Below, in pieces: positions 25,700 through 39,717 of a DNA stretch of 64,000 nt. Under the pieces are notes generated by a model that worked only from the letters and a program-made list of their open reading frames with translations, did not search any database and was not told the origin of the DNA. The translations under genes were made by a program, and so were the position numbers. The stretch is taken from positions 170,812,001 through 170,876,000 of the forward strand of contig NC_058368.1 in NCBI RefSeq assembly GCF_018350175.1, read 5' to 3'. This stretch comes from Felis catus (lineage: Eukaryota). Each line of letters starts with the position of its first letter. Position 1 is the stretch's first letter.

Positions 25700-27030
25700 G
25701 ATCATTCATTCATTCACTCTTTCATTCATTTTTTCACAGACATTTATCGAAAACAAACCAGACCTTTTGCCTAGAGTCTGTGGGTACAAAGGTGAATAAA
25801 ATAACCCATTCTCTCAAGGAATTTATCTATTACTTTGATAGACAAGTACACAATTATATCAGAGTATTACAGGGATATGAAGAAAAATGCTACTGGGAGA
25901 GGCAGAGAAAGTGATATTTGCTTTGCTGGGGAGAAATCACACAGAGGAAATGGTGTATAATCTGGGTTATGAAGTAGTGTTCCAGGTACTATTGCCACGT
26001 TAACAAATTACCCCCAAACATACCAGCTTAAAACAACCACTTTATTGTACTCACATATTCTCTGTGTCAAGACTTTAGACAGGACATGGTGGGAATGACA
26101 GTTATCTCTGCTCCATAATGTCTGGAGTTTGGGCTGGTAGACTCAAAGGTTTAGTGGTTTGATGTCTGGAAACAGGAATCAGTTACAGGTGTCTTCACTC
26201 ACATGTCTGGCAGTTGAAATGTCTGCCACACAGGACCTCAGCAGGGACTATCAACTGGAAAAGCTATACATGGCTTCTGTGTGTTGCCCAATGTTCTTAA
26301 AGCAATGCGGCCATAGGATTGTAAGACTTTTTGTGTGGCAGCTTAGGGATCTAAAAATAAGGATTTAGCGCACAAGGTAGAAACTGCATTGATTTTTATG
26401 ATCTAACCTCAGAAGATACACACCTTCACTTCCACTGCATTCTGTTGGTTTCCAACAAGTCACAGACCAGATTCAAGGAGAATTAGACTCCACCTCTAGA
26501 TGGGAGGTGGCAACATTCTGGAAGAGCATTTGGATGTGTAACATTGTTGCAAGAATCTTTAAAAAATACAGTTTGGCACATGAAAGCTTATTATTACCTA
26601 GGAACCAAGTGGGAATATGTATGGCATGATTTAGGAATAGTAAGTAAGGCTGTGGGTGTAGTCAGTGCATGGTAAGAATGTCCCAGGATAATGCACAGTG
26701 AGAAATTGGGAGCAAATTTTGAAGGGCCTTTTTTTCATACTGAAAATACTAGACTTTAACTTATAGGCAACGAGGAGCCCTTAAGAGTGGGTTGTTTTTG
26801 TTTTTAAACTAGAGGATTGAAATGAGTTAACGTGTGTTGCAGAAAGATGATCTAGGTGTAGGGATGTGGGTGGGGGTGGTTAGGAGACAGATGTTCATAG
26901 TGCAGGTAGAGAATATGAAGGCTTATGTACTCAGTGGTGACAGGGTAAATGGAAAGAGTAGATGTGGGATGTATTTTGGAGGTGGAATTATGACTGACCA
27001 AGACTACCGAGAGAAAAGAGGACTGAAATA
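25700..27030 (-). mobile_element. LINE-2 remnant interrupted by an MLT1 LTR
   Basis: TCATTCATTCATTCA...CATTTAT L2 terminus; L2-like sequence resumes after 26580. Confidence 0.65.
25978..26580 (-). mobile_element. MaLR LTR (MLT1F/G/H-like)
   Basis: TG...AACAAATTACCCCCAAA...AGCTTAAAACAAC...CACTTCCACTGCATTCTGTTGGT...CA. Confidence 0.78.
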
Positions 27031-29809
27031 AATGGGAATGCCTAAGAAGCGCCAGCACTTGGCTGCTTTGCTGCAGGTGCATTCCTCCAGCCCTAGGATG
27101 CTCTACAGATCAAGCTTACATGGATCTCACAGCTGGCCAGTCCTAATCATGCCTGTTGATCCGGTCATGGGAGATGGTAGTCACCTACTGCTTTTCCCAT
27201 ACATTCTGTTGACAATGCTGAAGGCGTCACAGGTCAAGCGTAAACACAAGGGTAGCAGCAGGTCTCCAGAGCAGATATGACACAAAGGTAGAGTATTCAC
27301 TCTGAAGTTCTTACTTAAATTTTTATGTGTTGATTCTGAATTTTCTGAGCAGTGGAGAAGAGCAAATTCATGCCGTTTAATTTTTCTTTGCAAAGGAGAG
27401 CTGTGATCAGAATACCGTTTTCTTTTTTTAATGACTGGCTCTTCTTTGTCCTGTTAGATTTTTAAAGAGATTCAAACTTCCTCCTACCAACTCCTGAGAC
27501 ATTATCAATTAGCCACACACAGCCCATCGAACACAGCATAGCTGTAATTAAACTAAATTACTATGCAGTAGCTTTCATTACACAATGACACAGTTTTTGT
27601 TAGGACCATAGAGAGAGTTTAATTACATGTCTAGACACCCCCTGAATTCAGAGCGGCAGTATTGTCTTTTTCTGTTTAAAAGAGAGTTTCGGCTTTTGGT
27701 GATTGCATTTTTTGAAAGACCAAATGGTAAGATATATTAGGGGTTCTTTATTTTTTTTAATTCCACATTCTACTTTCATGCATATGTGATTTAGGAGCCA
27801 TTTATACATCTGTGGATATATTTTCCAAGAAAAATGCATAGATTTTTACTCTTTGAAAATCTTTGATATTTGATGTACATTTTACTTAATCCAAAAGCTT
27901 TCTTTCTCTAATATACCTGCAAATATCCACCTGACTTATTAACATATAAAGCATGTAATCTGAAGTACAGTCATCTAATATTTCCAGCTTCCTCTTCCTT
28001 GTGAGGAATTTCAACACTTTGCCTGAGCATAGAGTGCTTTCTACCTTTATCCTCAGTCCTGCTCATTCAAGCCTCTCTGTAGACTCTATTCCCTCTGCTG
28101 GACCAGAGCACACAGGTTCAGGAGCTCCTGTGTTTCTTTTGTTCCCCAACCTGATCTCTTCTTTCTCGTTACAGAAATGTGTTTGCTGCCTCTTTCTCTG
28201 TAACTCCAGATGATTTTTGGACCTTTCCCCCAGTTACGTACCATCTCCTGAATACAGCTTCCATTTAATTGGCCAAGCCTTTCCATAGCCTCCATTCCTT
28301 AATTCTCATCTCTCCTGAAATCTGGCTGTATGCATTGGAAATAAGAGGATGAAATTATCACATGCTTACCCTTTCTAAGCATTCTCAACAGCCCCTTGGA
28401 AAGTTATCCCACAGCATGCACTTGCTCCAGTCTTATATACAAAAACCTTTTATTTATTGATTTATTTGTTGATTACATGTACATTGCTTCAGATTTCATT
28501 TTTGTACTCTTTTAGCATGAGACTTGTCTGTTTAAATCAGGACACATCACTTTTTCCATTAATTTTTTGCATGCATAATTTAAAATGATAATCTTTCATT
28601 TAATAATTGCTCTTGAAAACAATGATAAGTGTTTCATTGAAGAGTGAATGTTTTGGATTTGGGGTTGAATCTAAGGAAGATAGTATAGATAAAATTATAC
28701 TTGCCACCAGTACTATCTAGACCATTCTTGTAAATGTGTACTTAGTAGACTTCGTAACATGCACATATATAAATAGACAGGAAAATGAACTTCCAGCCTG
28801 TTGAAAGTATCCCTGTTCCCTCACTCTGATTTTGCACATGAGGAGACTCATACCAAAATCAGAAACAAGAGCTGGAGTATGACGGGTTTTCATGACCTCT
28901 TTGCCTATCAAGTGTTCTAATCTTGACACCTCAGGTTTCCCTACCCAGTGGCATTCCTAATTATCCTCTCTGTCAGCATCCTGCCCCTTTTCTCCACGAC
29001 ATTGCTACTCCAAAATTCCCATCTCTGTTTTATCCAGACACTCCTAAGCCACACCCCAAATCTAAAGCAGAGATGCTCCCATGAGACACTTACCACAGGG
29101 ACAGCACAGGCTCAGTGCTCTTCAAGGGCACCACTGCAGGGCCCAGCAGGACACCTTCATTTACAAACAGATGACTTTGTCTTGCCCACTGTTCATTAAC
29201 GTGTCATTACAGCTGGCCAAATCACTATTCACTTCCATTTTCTCACACTGACAAGTCCAGTTTTTGAATGTTTTAGACATGAAGGAAACTGAAGAGAAAA
29301 CTAACAGATGAATTTTCAGCTGTCTTTGCCCAAGCTCCCCTGAGTAGGCATATGTTGTGTTGGATATTCAGATCAACTTCAAAGGATGTAAAGAAATTAA
29401 TTCAGCCATAACTATCAATGCTACCTTAGAAGAACAAAAACTATATAAGTATTCAAGATGTCATTATGAGGTTGACACCCTTTTGCCTGATCTTACAATT
29501 AAAATGTTCTTATTGGGTTTTGGCTTTTCCCAGAGTGATGCTGTAAATCTCATAGCACCTTTGAGGTGGCTAAGTATTATTATCCAATCAGTGTAGATGG
29601 CACAGATGCTATGCCTTATTTCACTTAAATGTATCAAAGTGATGTTGCTATGGAAATGTACTGCCACAGTGTAGGCACAAAATTTTAACTTCTATCAAAG
29701 ATTAATAATGGCAAATGAGTATCCTTTGCAGATTATGACCATTCTTTGAGTATCTATAAGTTAATGACTCAAAAGTAGAACAACATACATGTCTATAGGA
29801 AAATTGAGT

Positions 29810-30745
29810 TTATCAATCATTCAAAAATATTTCTTGAGTACATATTTAGTGCCTGGCACTGTGCAAGAAACTAGATATCTGAGGAACCAGATCCAAATTT
29901 CCTTGTCTTCCTAGGTTTTCAGTCTAGTGAGGTAGGCATCCTAATCATAAAGCTTGCAAAGAAATAGGCATGTTGTAAAGAAAAGTAGGAGGCATCCATG
30001 AAGGCACATAAGTGTGGGCACATATGTTAGTTTGGAAATACAGATACGGCCTCCCTGAAGAATTGCCATTATAGTTGAGGCCTGAGGATGTGGGGGGCTG
30101 GCCAGGTAGAAACATGTAAAAAAGCATTCCAGAAAGTGGGGGCAGTCAGAAAGGGATGCTGAGATGGGGGTAGGGGAGGGAATGGGGCTTGAGAGAAATT
30201 GAAAGAAAGTCAGTATGAGAAGAACAGAGCAAGAAAGGGGGAAATAGCAGGATATGAGGCTGGAGGGGAAGGCTGGATCCAGGTGACCAAGGCCTTGAAA
30301 GCTAGGATACAGTAATGGGAAACCATTGAAGAGCTTCCCAAGGAGAAGAAGTGGCCTGATTACCTATGTTGCTGTGTGCAGAATAGATTGAAGGTAGGGC
30401 CTGTTGGAAATCAAAGAGGGTTAAGGGAATACTGTGGTGGTCTAGCTAAGCTCATGGCAATGCCATGGAGAAAGGCAAAGTGATTCTGGAGACATTTTGG
30501 AATTAGAATTCACAGCACTCTACTATGACTTGGATGGAGGCTACTGGGGGAGAAGAGAGAAACAGTTTCTGACTTGAACACTTGAGTTGATTGAGACATC
30601 ACATTTTGAGGTGGGAAGAACGGAAAGAACAGGGCTGGAAGACGCTCAACAGTTCAGTTTTGGACGTATTGAACCTAAGGTGTCTGTGAAACAGCCAGCT
30701 GGAAATGAGACCTGGGCAGGTGAATATATGGGCCTGGAGCTTAAG
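29810..30745 (-). mobile_element. LINE-2 remnant
   Basis: ATCATTCAAAAATATTTCTTGAG...GTGCCTGGCACTGTGC...AGTTCAGTTTTGGAC. Confidence 0.75.
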
Positions 30746-31045
30746 AAAACAACAGTTTGAATTAGAACATCTTTTTTAGATAGTATCATGGAATAGTCTT
30801 TGCAGTCTTAAACTACTAGCAATATTAATGGCATCATGTGTTTAGTTCATATGAGACCAGACATAGTTACCATCTCAATGTACATATTCATATTCGGAGA
30901 ACATCATTCATAGTAGATGCATGGTATTCAGGACAAGCCAACACGAAATGCCTGCAATTATATAAAATTTATGTTTTTAAAAATTCATTACCCAAGTAAT
31001 ATATAATGTTTATAGTTAACTTTCATATAATAAAAAACTAAAATT

Positions 31046-31171
31046 GGGGCACCTGGGTGGCTCGGTTGGTTAAGCATCCAACTATTGATTTAGGCTCAGG
31101 TCATGATCTCATGGTTCGTGAGTTCAAGCCGCACATCAGGCTCCACACTGACAGTGAGGAACCTGCTTAGG

Positions 31172-31226
<55 letters not shown>

Positions 31227-31418
31227 CTTCCCCTCCACACTTGTGGTCTCTTTCTCTCTCAAAATAAATAAACTTAAAAAAAAAAACTTAAAAAGGGGCA
31301 TCTGGGTGGCTCAGTCAGTTGAGTGTCCAACTTCAGCTCAGGTCATGATCTCACAGTTCGTGAGTTTGAGCCCCACATCAGATTCTGCACTCAGAACCTG
31401 GAGCCTGCTTTGGATTCC

Positions 31419-31456
<38 letters not shown>

Positions 31457-31530
31457 TTCTCCCCTACTTGCACTCTTTCTCTCTCTCTCCCTCAAACATT
31501 AAAACAATTTTTTTAAATTTAAAAAAAAAA
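31046..31530 (+). mobile_element. Two tandem Can-SINEs (31046-31294 and 31295-31530) with long (CT)n linkers
   Basis: Two SINEC heads; the second starts in the A tail of the first. Confidence 0.9.
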
Positions 31531-31710
31531 GGAAAAACCAAAATTAATTATAACCCTACCCACAATTTTTTTACATACATGTGTACTTTTGGGGATGCTA
31601 TAAAAAGTAGCTGGAGGGAAAGGAATAGACAGACAAGCTCAGGAAGAGTTTATAGCAGAAGAGAAGGCTACAAGCACAGTAGTAGATATCTAATTTAAGA
31701 AGCAGAGTCA

Positions 31711-31939
31711 GGGGCGCCTGGGTGGCGCAGTCGGTTAAGCCTCCGACTTCAGCCAGGTCATGATCTCGCGGTCCGTGAGTTCGAGCCCCGCGTCGGGCTC
31801 TGGGCTGATGGCTCAGAGCCTGGAGCCTGTTTCCGATTCTGTGTCTCCCTCTCTCTCTGCCCCTCCCCTGTTCATGCTCTGTCTCTCTCTGTCCCAAAAA
31901 TAAATTAAAAAACGTTGAAAAAAAATTAAAAAAAAAAAA
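31711..31939 (+). mobile_element. Young SINEC_Fc-like element
   Basis: TSD AAGCAGAGTCA at 31700-31710 and 31940-31950; long A tail. Confidence 0.94.
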
Positions 31940-32039
31940 AAGCAGAGTCAGAAACAAAATTCGTTTATTTATTCATAAACTTTTACTTCCCAAATGCTTA
32001 TTGAGCATCTGCCGGGCGCCAAGTCCTGTTTTAAATTCC

Positions 32040-32530
32040 AAAGCAGGAATCACAGACTGCAGGGTGTTTTGTTTGTACCCTGCACAGGCTTTTAAAATTT
32101 TCAACTTAAGTGCCAACATTTAAAATTTGTAATATTTTACATTAAAAAAAATCTGAATTTCTATCTATCCTTTAAAATCAGAAGAGCGAGGGACACCGGG
32201 GTGGCCCAGTCTGTTAAGCATCCAACTTCAGCTCAGGTCGTGATCTCACAGTCCATGAGTTTGAGCCCCGTGTCAAGCTCTGTGCTGACAGCTCGGAGCC
32301 TGGAGCTGCTTCAGATTCTGTGTGTCCCTCTCTCTCTGCCCCTCCCCCACTTCTTCTCTGTCTCTTTCTCAAAAATAAATAATAAAACATTTTTTAAAAA
32401 TCAAAAGAGCTAGCAACATGGGGCCTGCATTCCTGCCTGGCTGAATCTGAGTCGCCTTCTCCTTGTAAGGAGTCATGCTCTCCAGGGGCAGATGCAGTCC
32501 CTAGGACTTCCCAGTGCCTTCCTTTTATTT
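32040..32530. mobile_element. hAT-Charlie DNA transposon remnant (MER102-like) interrupted by a SINE
   Basis: TGCCAACATTTAAAA...AATCTGAATTTC...AAATCAGAAGAGCTAGCAACATGGGGCCTGCATTCC resembles the recalled MER102 consensus. Confidence 0.6.
32191..32396 (+). mobile_element. Felid Can-SINE
   Basis: TSD AAAATCA(G/A)AAGAGC(G/T)AG at 32174-32190 and 32397-32413. Confidence 0.9.
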
Positions 32531-32579
32531 TACACTCTGCCAACTTCCTTCACTCTTTTAGGGTGTCTTCCTGACCCCT

Positions 32580-33800
32580 GGAGAGTTTTTGGTCCCTGCT
32601 CAAGAGATGCAAAATCAAATGCAACGTTGTTGCTACCCTGCATGACCAAAGCGATGGAAAGATGCTGAAGATTTTAAGCAGGGGAATGACGTGACCAAAA
32701 CTGCACTTTTTAAAAATGATTTTCATGGCAGTGTGGAGCATGGGCTGCATGGGAACAACCGTGGAAGTTGGGGAGCTGGTAATTAAGCTAGTCACCAGAG
32801 TAATCAAGAGGGAAGCCATGTTTGTGGCCTGGCTGAAGGCAAGAGCGGATAAGTAGGAACAAGAGGCCAATACATGAGGCACTAAGGAGCGAGAGCTACT
32901 TACTGTCATGGGTCATGGACTGGACGTGTCGGTAAAGGAGATGGAGAAGTTAGGTAAACCCAGGTTTCTGGCTTGATCAAAAGGATGCTGTCATTCGTTG
33001 GGTTTGGAAATACAGGTACAGCAGGAGTAAATTTAGGGTAAATACTAAATTGATTTTGGACGTGTTGACCTTGAAACATGTGTGAGACATTCAAATGGAA
33101 TGGGAAGTAGAAAGTTCTCTCAAATCAGAGCCACAGAGAAGTTGGGGAAGGCAATAGAGATTTGGGGCACATTGGATAAGTGATACCTTTATTTGTGGCT
33201 TTAGATGAGCTGAACTCTGGAAACCAAAGGAAAAGCAGAAGGGTGCTGAGCAGGTCTTGAGACAGAGGGCCTGGGGAGGAGACTGATGGGGGGGAGCAGA
33301 GGTGAGGAGCACCATGCGGCCAGTGTGGCAAGAGCCCCAGGCGATGAGAGTCCAAGTGAGAGACAAGTCCGTGTGCTCAGAGGCCAAACAGGTCAGATAA
33401 AGAGTCAGAAAGTGTGTGTTAGGTTTGATGAGGTCAGAAATGAAACAATAGTGTGTTGAAAGAAAATGAGAGGGAAGAAAATGGAAATGGGGAGTGGAGA
33501 CTGAGGAGAGTAGGGTATAGCTGAGTGCAGCTAGAGCAGGAGGGGAATGTGTGTATTTGAGAGACCATGGAGGTGATGGTTGATTTCTTTTTCCTGTTTC
33601 CTTTTGATGGTGATACTGTTCATTCTGGAGGTATGTGTATGATGAAAGCAAAAAAAGAGGGAATAGCAGACGTGGGAGAAAAGGCAGTAGTGATGGGGCA
33701 GTGCCTCTGAGTAGGGAGAGTGGTATGGAGGAGGACCCTGAGCAGCACCCAGGGGCACCCAAGGACGGCTCCTGAAGAAGAGCCCCGAGAAGGAGAATGG
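32580..33800 (-). mobile_element. LINE-2 remnant
   Basis: GATTTTAAGCAGGGGAATGAC, CCAGGTTTCTGGCTTG and TTTTGGACGTGTTGA motifs; purine-rich. Confidence 0.72.
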
Positions 33801-34399
33801 AGCATAAGGGAAACAACAGGCTGTGAAATGCTCCTCTTTATCAGTGACAAATACTATTTATCGTAGTAATTCTTTGTGTTACAATGGAGAACAGATATAG
33901 TAAGAATGCTTCAAATCCTAATTGGCATATACTTTGTTTCACTTCTGACTTCTAAATGCTCTTAGAAACTGTGAACACAGATACAGCAACTTAAGTCTGT
34001 ATTTCCCTTAGACCTATTTCAAGGGTGAAGAAGACTAATATATATTACCTTCTATTACTCTGTGATTTATCATTGCATCTTCTTGGGAACAGGAGCTGTG
34101 GCAAATTAAGTGAAAAAGGCATACAAAATAAAGCTATTAAAGTGGAAAAGGGAATTTTAAAAAAGAGAGAGGGAGAAGTAAATATTCTAAACCAGGCTAG
34201 TAATTGTAACTGAAACCTCTTGTACATTGAGTTTGGGGCCACCAAAACAGAAGAAGAAAATGTGATGAAATAAAAAGCAAATATTTTCCCATTAAAGTAT
34301 TCTTTGGTACTTCAGGAAAGAGCAAGTTTTCCAAATCTCAAAGGATTTCGGATGTAATTTGTTGTACAAGAGACATGGAACAACAGTGGTAGGGTGCTC

Positions 34400-34570
34400 C
34401 TAACAGCTACCATTTATAGAACAGAATGTCCACTCCGTGCTACGTGTCTCCATGCCTAACCTCTGATTCTCAGTGCAACCTTCAAAGTGGGTGCTACAGA
34501 GAGGGAAACCGGGAGGTGAAGGGTAGACAGATTGTTCCAGGTCACACAGCTAATAAATAGCATGTTTGGG
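34400..34570 (-). mobile_element. MIR
   Basis: ACAGAGAGGGAAACCGGG...CCAGGTCACACAGCTAATAA. Confidence 0.7.
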
Positions 34571-35577
34571 GGTATACGGCCCCAAAGTGCCTCTCATGGT
34601 GTTATTCTTCAATAATTATTTCAAAAACAATGCCACAAAAACCTTCTTATGCTTGTTTCTTTTATCAACCCTTCCTCAAAACTGAGAGTATAATACTGAA
34701 ACAGAACTTAGCAAAGGTATGCCCTTGGTACCAGTGCATTAAATGCATCATTGCCTAATCCTTAAAAACGTACCTGTTGCCTATCTTAATTACTCTGCGT
34801 ATAAAATATTTGTCATTTTATGCTTTTTTTTCTAAAAAGATAATATACTTTTTAAAAATTGAGCCAGTAAATTAATTGTGCTTCTCTGCCTCTTCCTTTC
34901 CTTCCTCCTTTTCCTTCTTTTTATTCCCTAAAGTTTTAAGTAAATTCATACATACCTAGTTATCTGCTCTTCCAGTTTCTTTATTAAAATAGGTTACAAT
35001 TAGTCATGATTCAGTAGTTAAATGCTACAGTTGTTGTCAGATTTATTATTTCCTGTCCATTAAATTGTTAGGTTATAGAGGTCTTCTTCCAAAACGGTGT
35101 TTAGTTTTCAAGGTTTCCTCGTTTGTGTTTGGTTTACTTTAATTATGATTACTTTGAACACTTGGTTTGTTCTGGAATATCCAGTTATCTCAAGTTTCTC
35201 AATTTCTCTAATCCTTTTGTCTGTTTGTATTGAATCCCCATGATTTAAATGATCAGTAGCTAAGATCAGCAGCTTCTTGATAAGGTCTCTTTCTCCATAA
35301 TTAGATATTTTTTAATCAGTTCTGTATCATTAATATGATATCATAAAATGTCTTTGTACAATTCCCCATGAGTACACAATTTTGAGGGGCATTTTTCCCC
35401 TTAATTTCTTTTTCACTTCTCCGTGTGCGGTGATCTTGATGTGTCGAGATAAGATTAGTGCTTGGTGAGATTAGAAGTGTGTATTTCATTTAAAACCCCG
35501 TTTAAAAATAAAGGGCAGCGTGCCTATTATTATTCAGCCCTTAAACTGCTCTTTTTATATCCTCAGATGCTCTGAGA

Positions 35578-36073
35578 CAGAAATTTTCAAAGTACAGTCT
35601 GAGGATTCCTGGAGGGTCCCTGAGTTGCCTTTCAGAGGGTCTGTGAGGTCAGAAGTATGTTGTCATAATATGAAGACATTTCTCTTCACTTACGAAAGTA
35701 CAGTGGAATATTCCAGAGTCTGAATGATGTGTGATTTTGCAGTAGACAGTGCAGAAGCAGATAAGAGAATCTAGCCATCTTCTATTAAACCAGAAATTAA
35801 AGAAATTTGTAAAATTTTAAGACAATAGCACAGCACTCACTATTTTTTGTTTTAGAAAATAGTTATTTTTATTAGAAAATGTTTATGTTCATGTGTCATT
35901 AGTTTATTGGGTTTTTTTTAATAAATTAGGATTTTTTTTAATTTCTCAGTTTTAACTACTAACATAGTAACTAATGTTAGATATAACTCACATAAGCAAA
36001 AAGCTCTTTGAGGTTCTCAATAATTGTTTTTACTCTAACAGGGTCCTGAGACCAAAAGGTTTGAGATCTGGTG
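35578..36073. mobile_element. Non-autonomous hAT-Charlie element (Charlie1-related)
   Basis: CAG..TTTTCAAAGT 5' terminus, internal GCAGAAGCAGATAAGAGAATCTAGC, and GGGTCCTGAGACCAAAAGGTTTGAGA 3' terminus. Confidence 0.75.
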
Positions 36074-37049
36074 TTCTAAAAGGTTGCTGCTGCTTCTAAC
36101 AATTGTATCTTTTGGGGGGAAGGCAAAAGATCATGCTCCACCTTTTCTTTTTTGCTTGGCTTCCTGACTAGAGATAATGTAAAAGGTAAAAGTATTAACT
36201 ATTGGTTAAAAGCAGTCAGTGGGTCTAAGCAAAAATAAAATAATGATTCCTGCCATTTTTGTCAGTCGAATACATTTAAATGACTCCTACAACATTTGTA
36301 CATGATTATATCTCGACTTTTAATAATCTTTATGCACCAAGTAATTTATAGTAATTAATCCCTGCCTATATTTTTAAAAGCCAGGATCATGACCTTCAGT
36401 ATTTCATTGCTTTATTTTGTCTTTAAATTTGTTCTTCTGTTGGTGCATAGCTCCTAAGTCTATTATTTTCTCTAAAAATTTTCTTCTGTTATCTGGTCTA
36501 GCTCTCCTTTATGAAGTGCCAAATGGTGTCATTTTGTTTTGTTTCGTGTTAATTTGGACTTAGAACACAAAACTACCATTTCTGTTCTAGAAAGCCAGAA
36601 CAGTAGTTGGTGAACGTCTTTAAATAATTAGTACTTTGCTAAACCAATACTTGTAAGTTTATCTCATTTGCTGTTGTTATTGTGTTGCTATCTTCACTGT
36701 CATTTTCTTCCCAACGGAATGGAGCTTCTAAATTGGGTTAGACTGTGGGAGAGCAATATTTTCTCTTGATCCCAAACTGCAATTCTTAGGTGTGTTCCAA
36801 AGCAACTGTATGAGAAACTTGTATTGTTGCCCTCAAACTCAGCTTATACAACATACAGCATCTTCCTCCTCAGGGATCTCGTGGGTTTTCCCTGAGTGTC
36901 ACTCAAGGCTGAGCATGGCCCTCTGCCTTCTCACTTCTCCTCCCCTGCCATTACCTTCCCTCTCCTTCCATCATGTTCCTCTCCTCTCCATCTTTGTGAT
37001 TTTCCTCTCATTCCCACCCCACACAGTCCAGCATCTGCTTGGGAGTCAC

Positions 37050-37262
37050 ATAATAGACAAGGCTATGGCCTCCACTTCCGGACACCTACGTCTGAACCTC
37101 ACTCAGCTCCACACATCTAGTTGTGACATTGAGCACATCTCTTGGCCTCTCTCTGCCTCGGTTTTCTTATTTGCAGAACAAGCATTATAGGATTTGCAAG
37201 TACGAGGTGTTTGTAATAGTGCTTGGAGTATAGGACGTGCATAGGGCACGTATGGTATTATT
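37050..37262 (+). mobile_element. MIR
   Basis: CTCTCTGCCTCGGTTTTCTTATTTGCAGAA core. Confidence 0.7.
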
Positions 37263-38199
37263 GTCTATATGTGATCATTATCTACTGTAAGGAGTGAGCT
37301 CAGCCTGGTGAGACATGAGCAAAAGCAACTTTATTTTATCTCACCATTGTCCTGGCAGATCCACTCTGAACCCATTCCTCTCCTTCATGAATAAAATTTC
37401 AAGCTATTCCCATAGCTTTTCCAGGCACTCTTGCATAAGGAAAAGACTAAAATTTTAGACTTATCCAACTTTTAAATGTCTTCCTTCCCCCAACGTGGAC
37501 ATGAGAGATCTATAATTTCTAACTATAGGGGATAGGAATATTTGTTAGTTTCTTCTCTTCCTCCTGCTTTTTACCCACCAACTGATTGTGCTCCTTCTAG
37601 AGTTGCTGTGAGGGTGACAGGAGAGGGAGAGGAGAAGGACAGTGAAGAAAGGTCTCACCAGACTGCTACAGTTATGGTCTGGCATCTGTGATCTCCGGGG
37701 ATGGCAGGTTACAATGCCTATGGGACACCACTGATGGCTCTACAGAGACCCATTGCGGGGGAGTTCTCTCACCTCAGGTGCTCTGAGGAGTCACTGGTTC
37801 CTCAACTGCCTGCTGTCACCTTCCCCATGTTCTGCTTCCTGTGATGCTGAAATGAGATGGCATCACCCCAGCAGGAAACATTCTTCAGGGAGACTCATGT
37901 CTGGTTCCCTTCTGCACAGTCCACATTGAACCCTCAAGAGATAACTGCACCTGTGTTCAGCTATTCTTTGAGAGTAGCTGAATTTCATTGGGGCCCTCTC
38001 TCCTCACTCACCTACTCCAACCATCTCTTTTTCATGAGTGAGCTGGATATCAATTCCTGTTTCCCCAAATCACTGACATGTCAAGCACCACAAATTGTGA
38101 CCTTGAAGCTATCCACCTTCTGTTACCTGGCTTGCAAAGAGAGAAGGCTCCTTCCCTTCCCATAGAAGATAGGAAAGGAGAAATACTGAAGTTCACTGG

Positions 38200-38960
38200 C
38201 AACTTTTTCTCCCAACCCAACAGAAAAATGGGCAAAGGATATAAACAGGCAGTTCATAGAAGAGGAAAACCAGTAAGCATGTACTATACCAGTAAACAGA
38301 GAAAGGCAAATTTAACCAAACCTGATACAATATTTACACTGAAGCCCAGCAAAGGTTAAAAATACAGATTTGGTGAAGATGTCAGGAAAACATAAAGATT
38401 TACACTGTTGATGTGAGTAGATATTGATGGAGTCTTTTCAGAGAATGATTTTGCAGTATTTATTAACATTTAAAATCTACTTTTTGACCCCACCATACCT
38501 GCTTCCAGGTATCTGTCCTAGAGAAACACCAGCAAAACTAGCCAAACATCCAAGGGATAGAAGGCTTATTATTGCCTTATTTATAATTTTTAAAAACTTG
38601 AATGCCCATCAAAAAGGGACTAGCAAAATAACTTATGATACTTCCAATGAAATGGATACAAGCAAGTGGTAAAGAGATTAAGCTGTAGTGATTTGTGGAA
38701 AAGGTTTCAAAAACATATTGTGTGAAAAAAGCAGTATAAAAATTAATATTAATCATGCATTTATATAAGAAAATGGAAAAATCAGGGATATTTCCTTGCA
38801 TACATACATTCATGTTTGTGAATTCATAGAAAAAAGTTAAAACCATTTCAAACTGATGAGTGATTACTTTTGGAGAGGGATCTGAAACCAGGGGAAGCAG
38901 GACCAGGTAAGACCTCCACAATCACAGCGAGAGTATGTTACATGTGTGATAACACATAAT
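38200..38960 (+). mobile_element. Ancient L1ME ORF2-end/3' remnant
   Basis: AACCCAACAGAAAAATGGGCAAAGGATATAAACAGGCAGTTCATAGAAGAGGAA reads NPTEKWAKDINRQFIEEE, an L1 ORF2 motif. Confidence 0.8.
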
Positions 38961-39612
38961 TTATGAAATAATTTAAAATATAATAAAATGAGTGGAATTG
39001 CTAGAGGTGATCTTTAATTTAAGGTTGTCTCCAATATACCACTCTATATTGATAGCTGGATTTACTAATCCTCAGAAGAGCCTATCAGAGCATTCATCAT
39101 CTTTAAGCAATATTTATCATATTAAGGATAGTCTTCTATAATAATTACTCACATCTAAATGTCTGTTCAAGCAATAATTAGTAAGTCTTTGCTGTGGTTG
39201 TGAGCTTCTGAGATGACACATACAATTATGCTTTTCAGATATAAACCAGACAGACTTCAATACATAGAACCTTGACTTATTATAATAATAATTAGATTTG
39301 AATTGATATGGTAATATGCATAAAGAGAGCTACAACTAATATTCTCTGAGGAGTAAATATTTTATTTCTAGCAGTTGGTTTTATACACTTTAAAATTCAT
39401 TTCACTTTCAAGTAACTGTCAGCTGTTCTTGAATTATGTATAGTATAAACTTGTTTTCCTTTATGGTGTTTATTTTCAAAATCATCATATATGTGTGTTG
39501 TCGAATCACATGACTTAGTAAAGATAATTCTAATTCTGAAAAGATTAAACATGAATGTTGGAACCATTAAGTACAATTACTGTAATGTTACTTCATTATT
39601 TTCCCTATTTAG

Positions 39613-39717
<105 letters not shown>

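Noticed and set aside
33091..33816. Longest ORF in the track (241 aa, minus strand)
   Set aside because: Lies in a decayed L2 with biased composition; Leu/Ser/Pro-rich, no recognisable domain and no ATG start.
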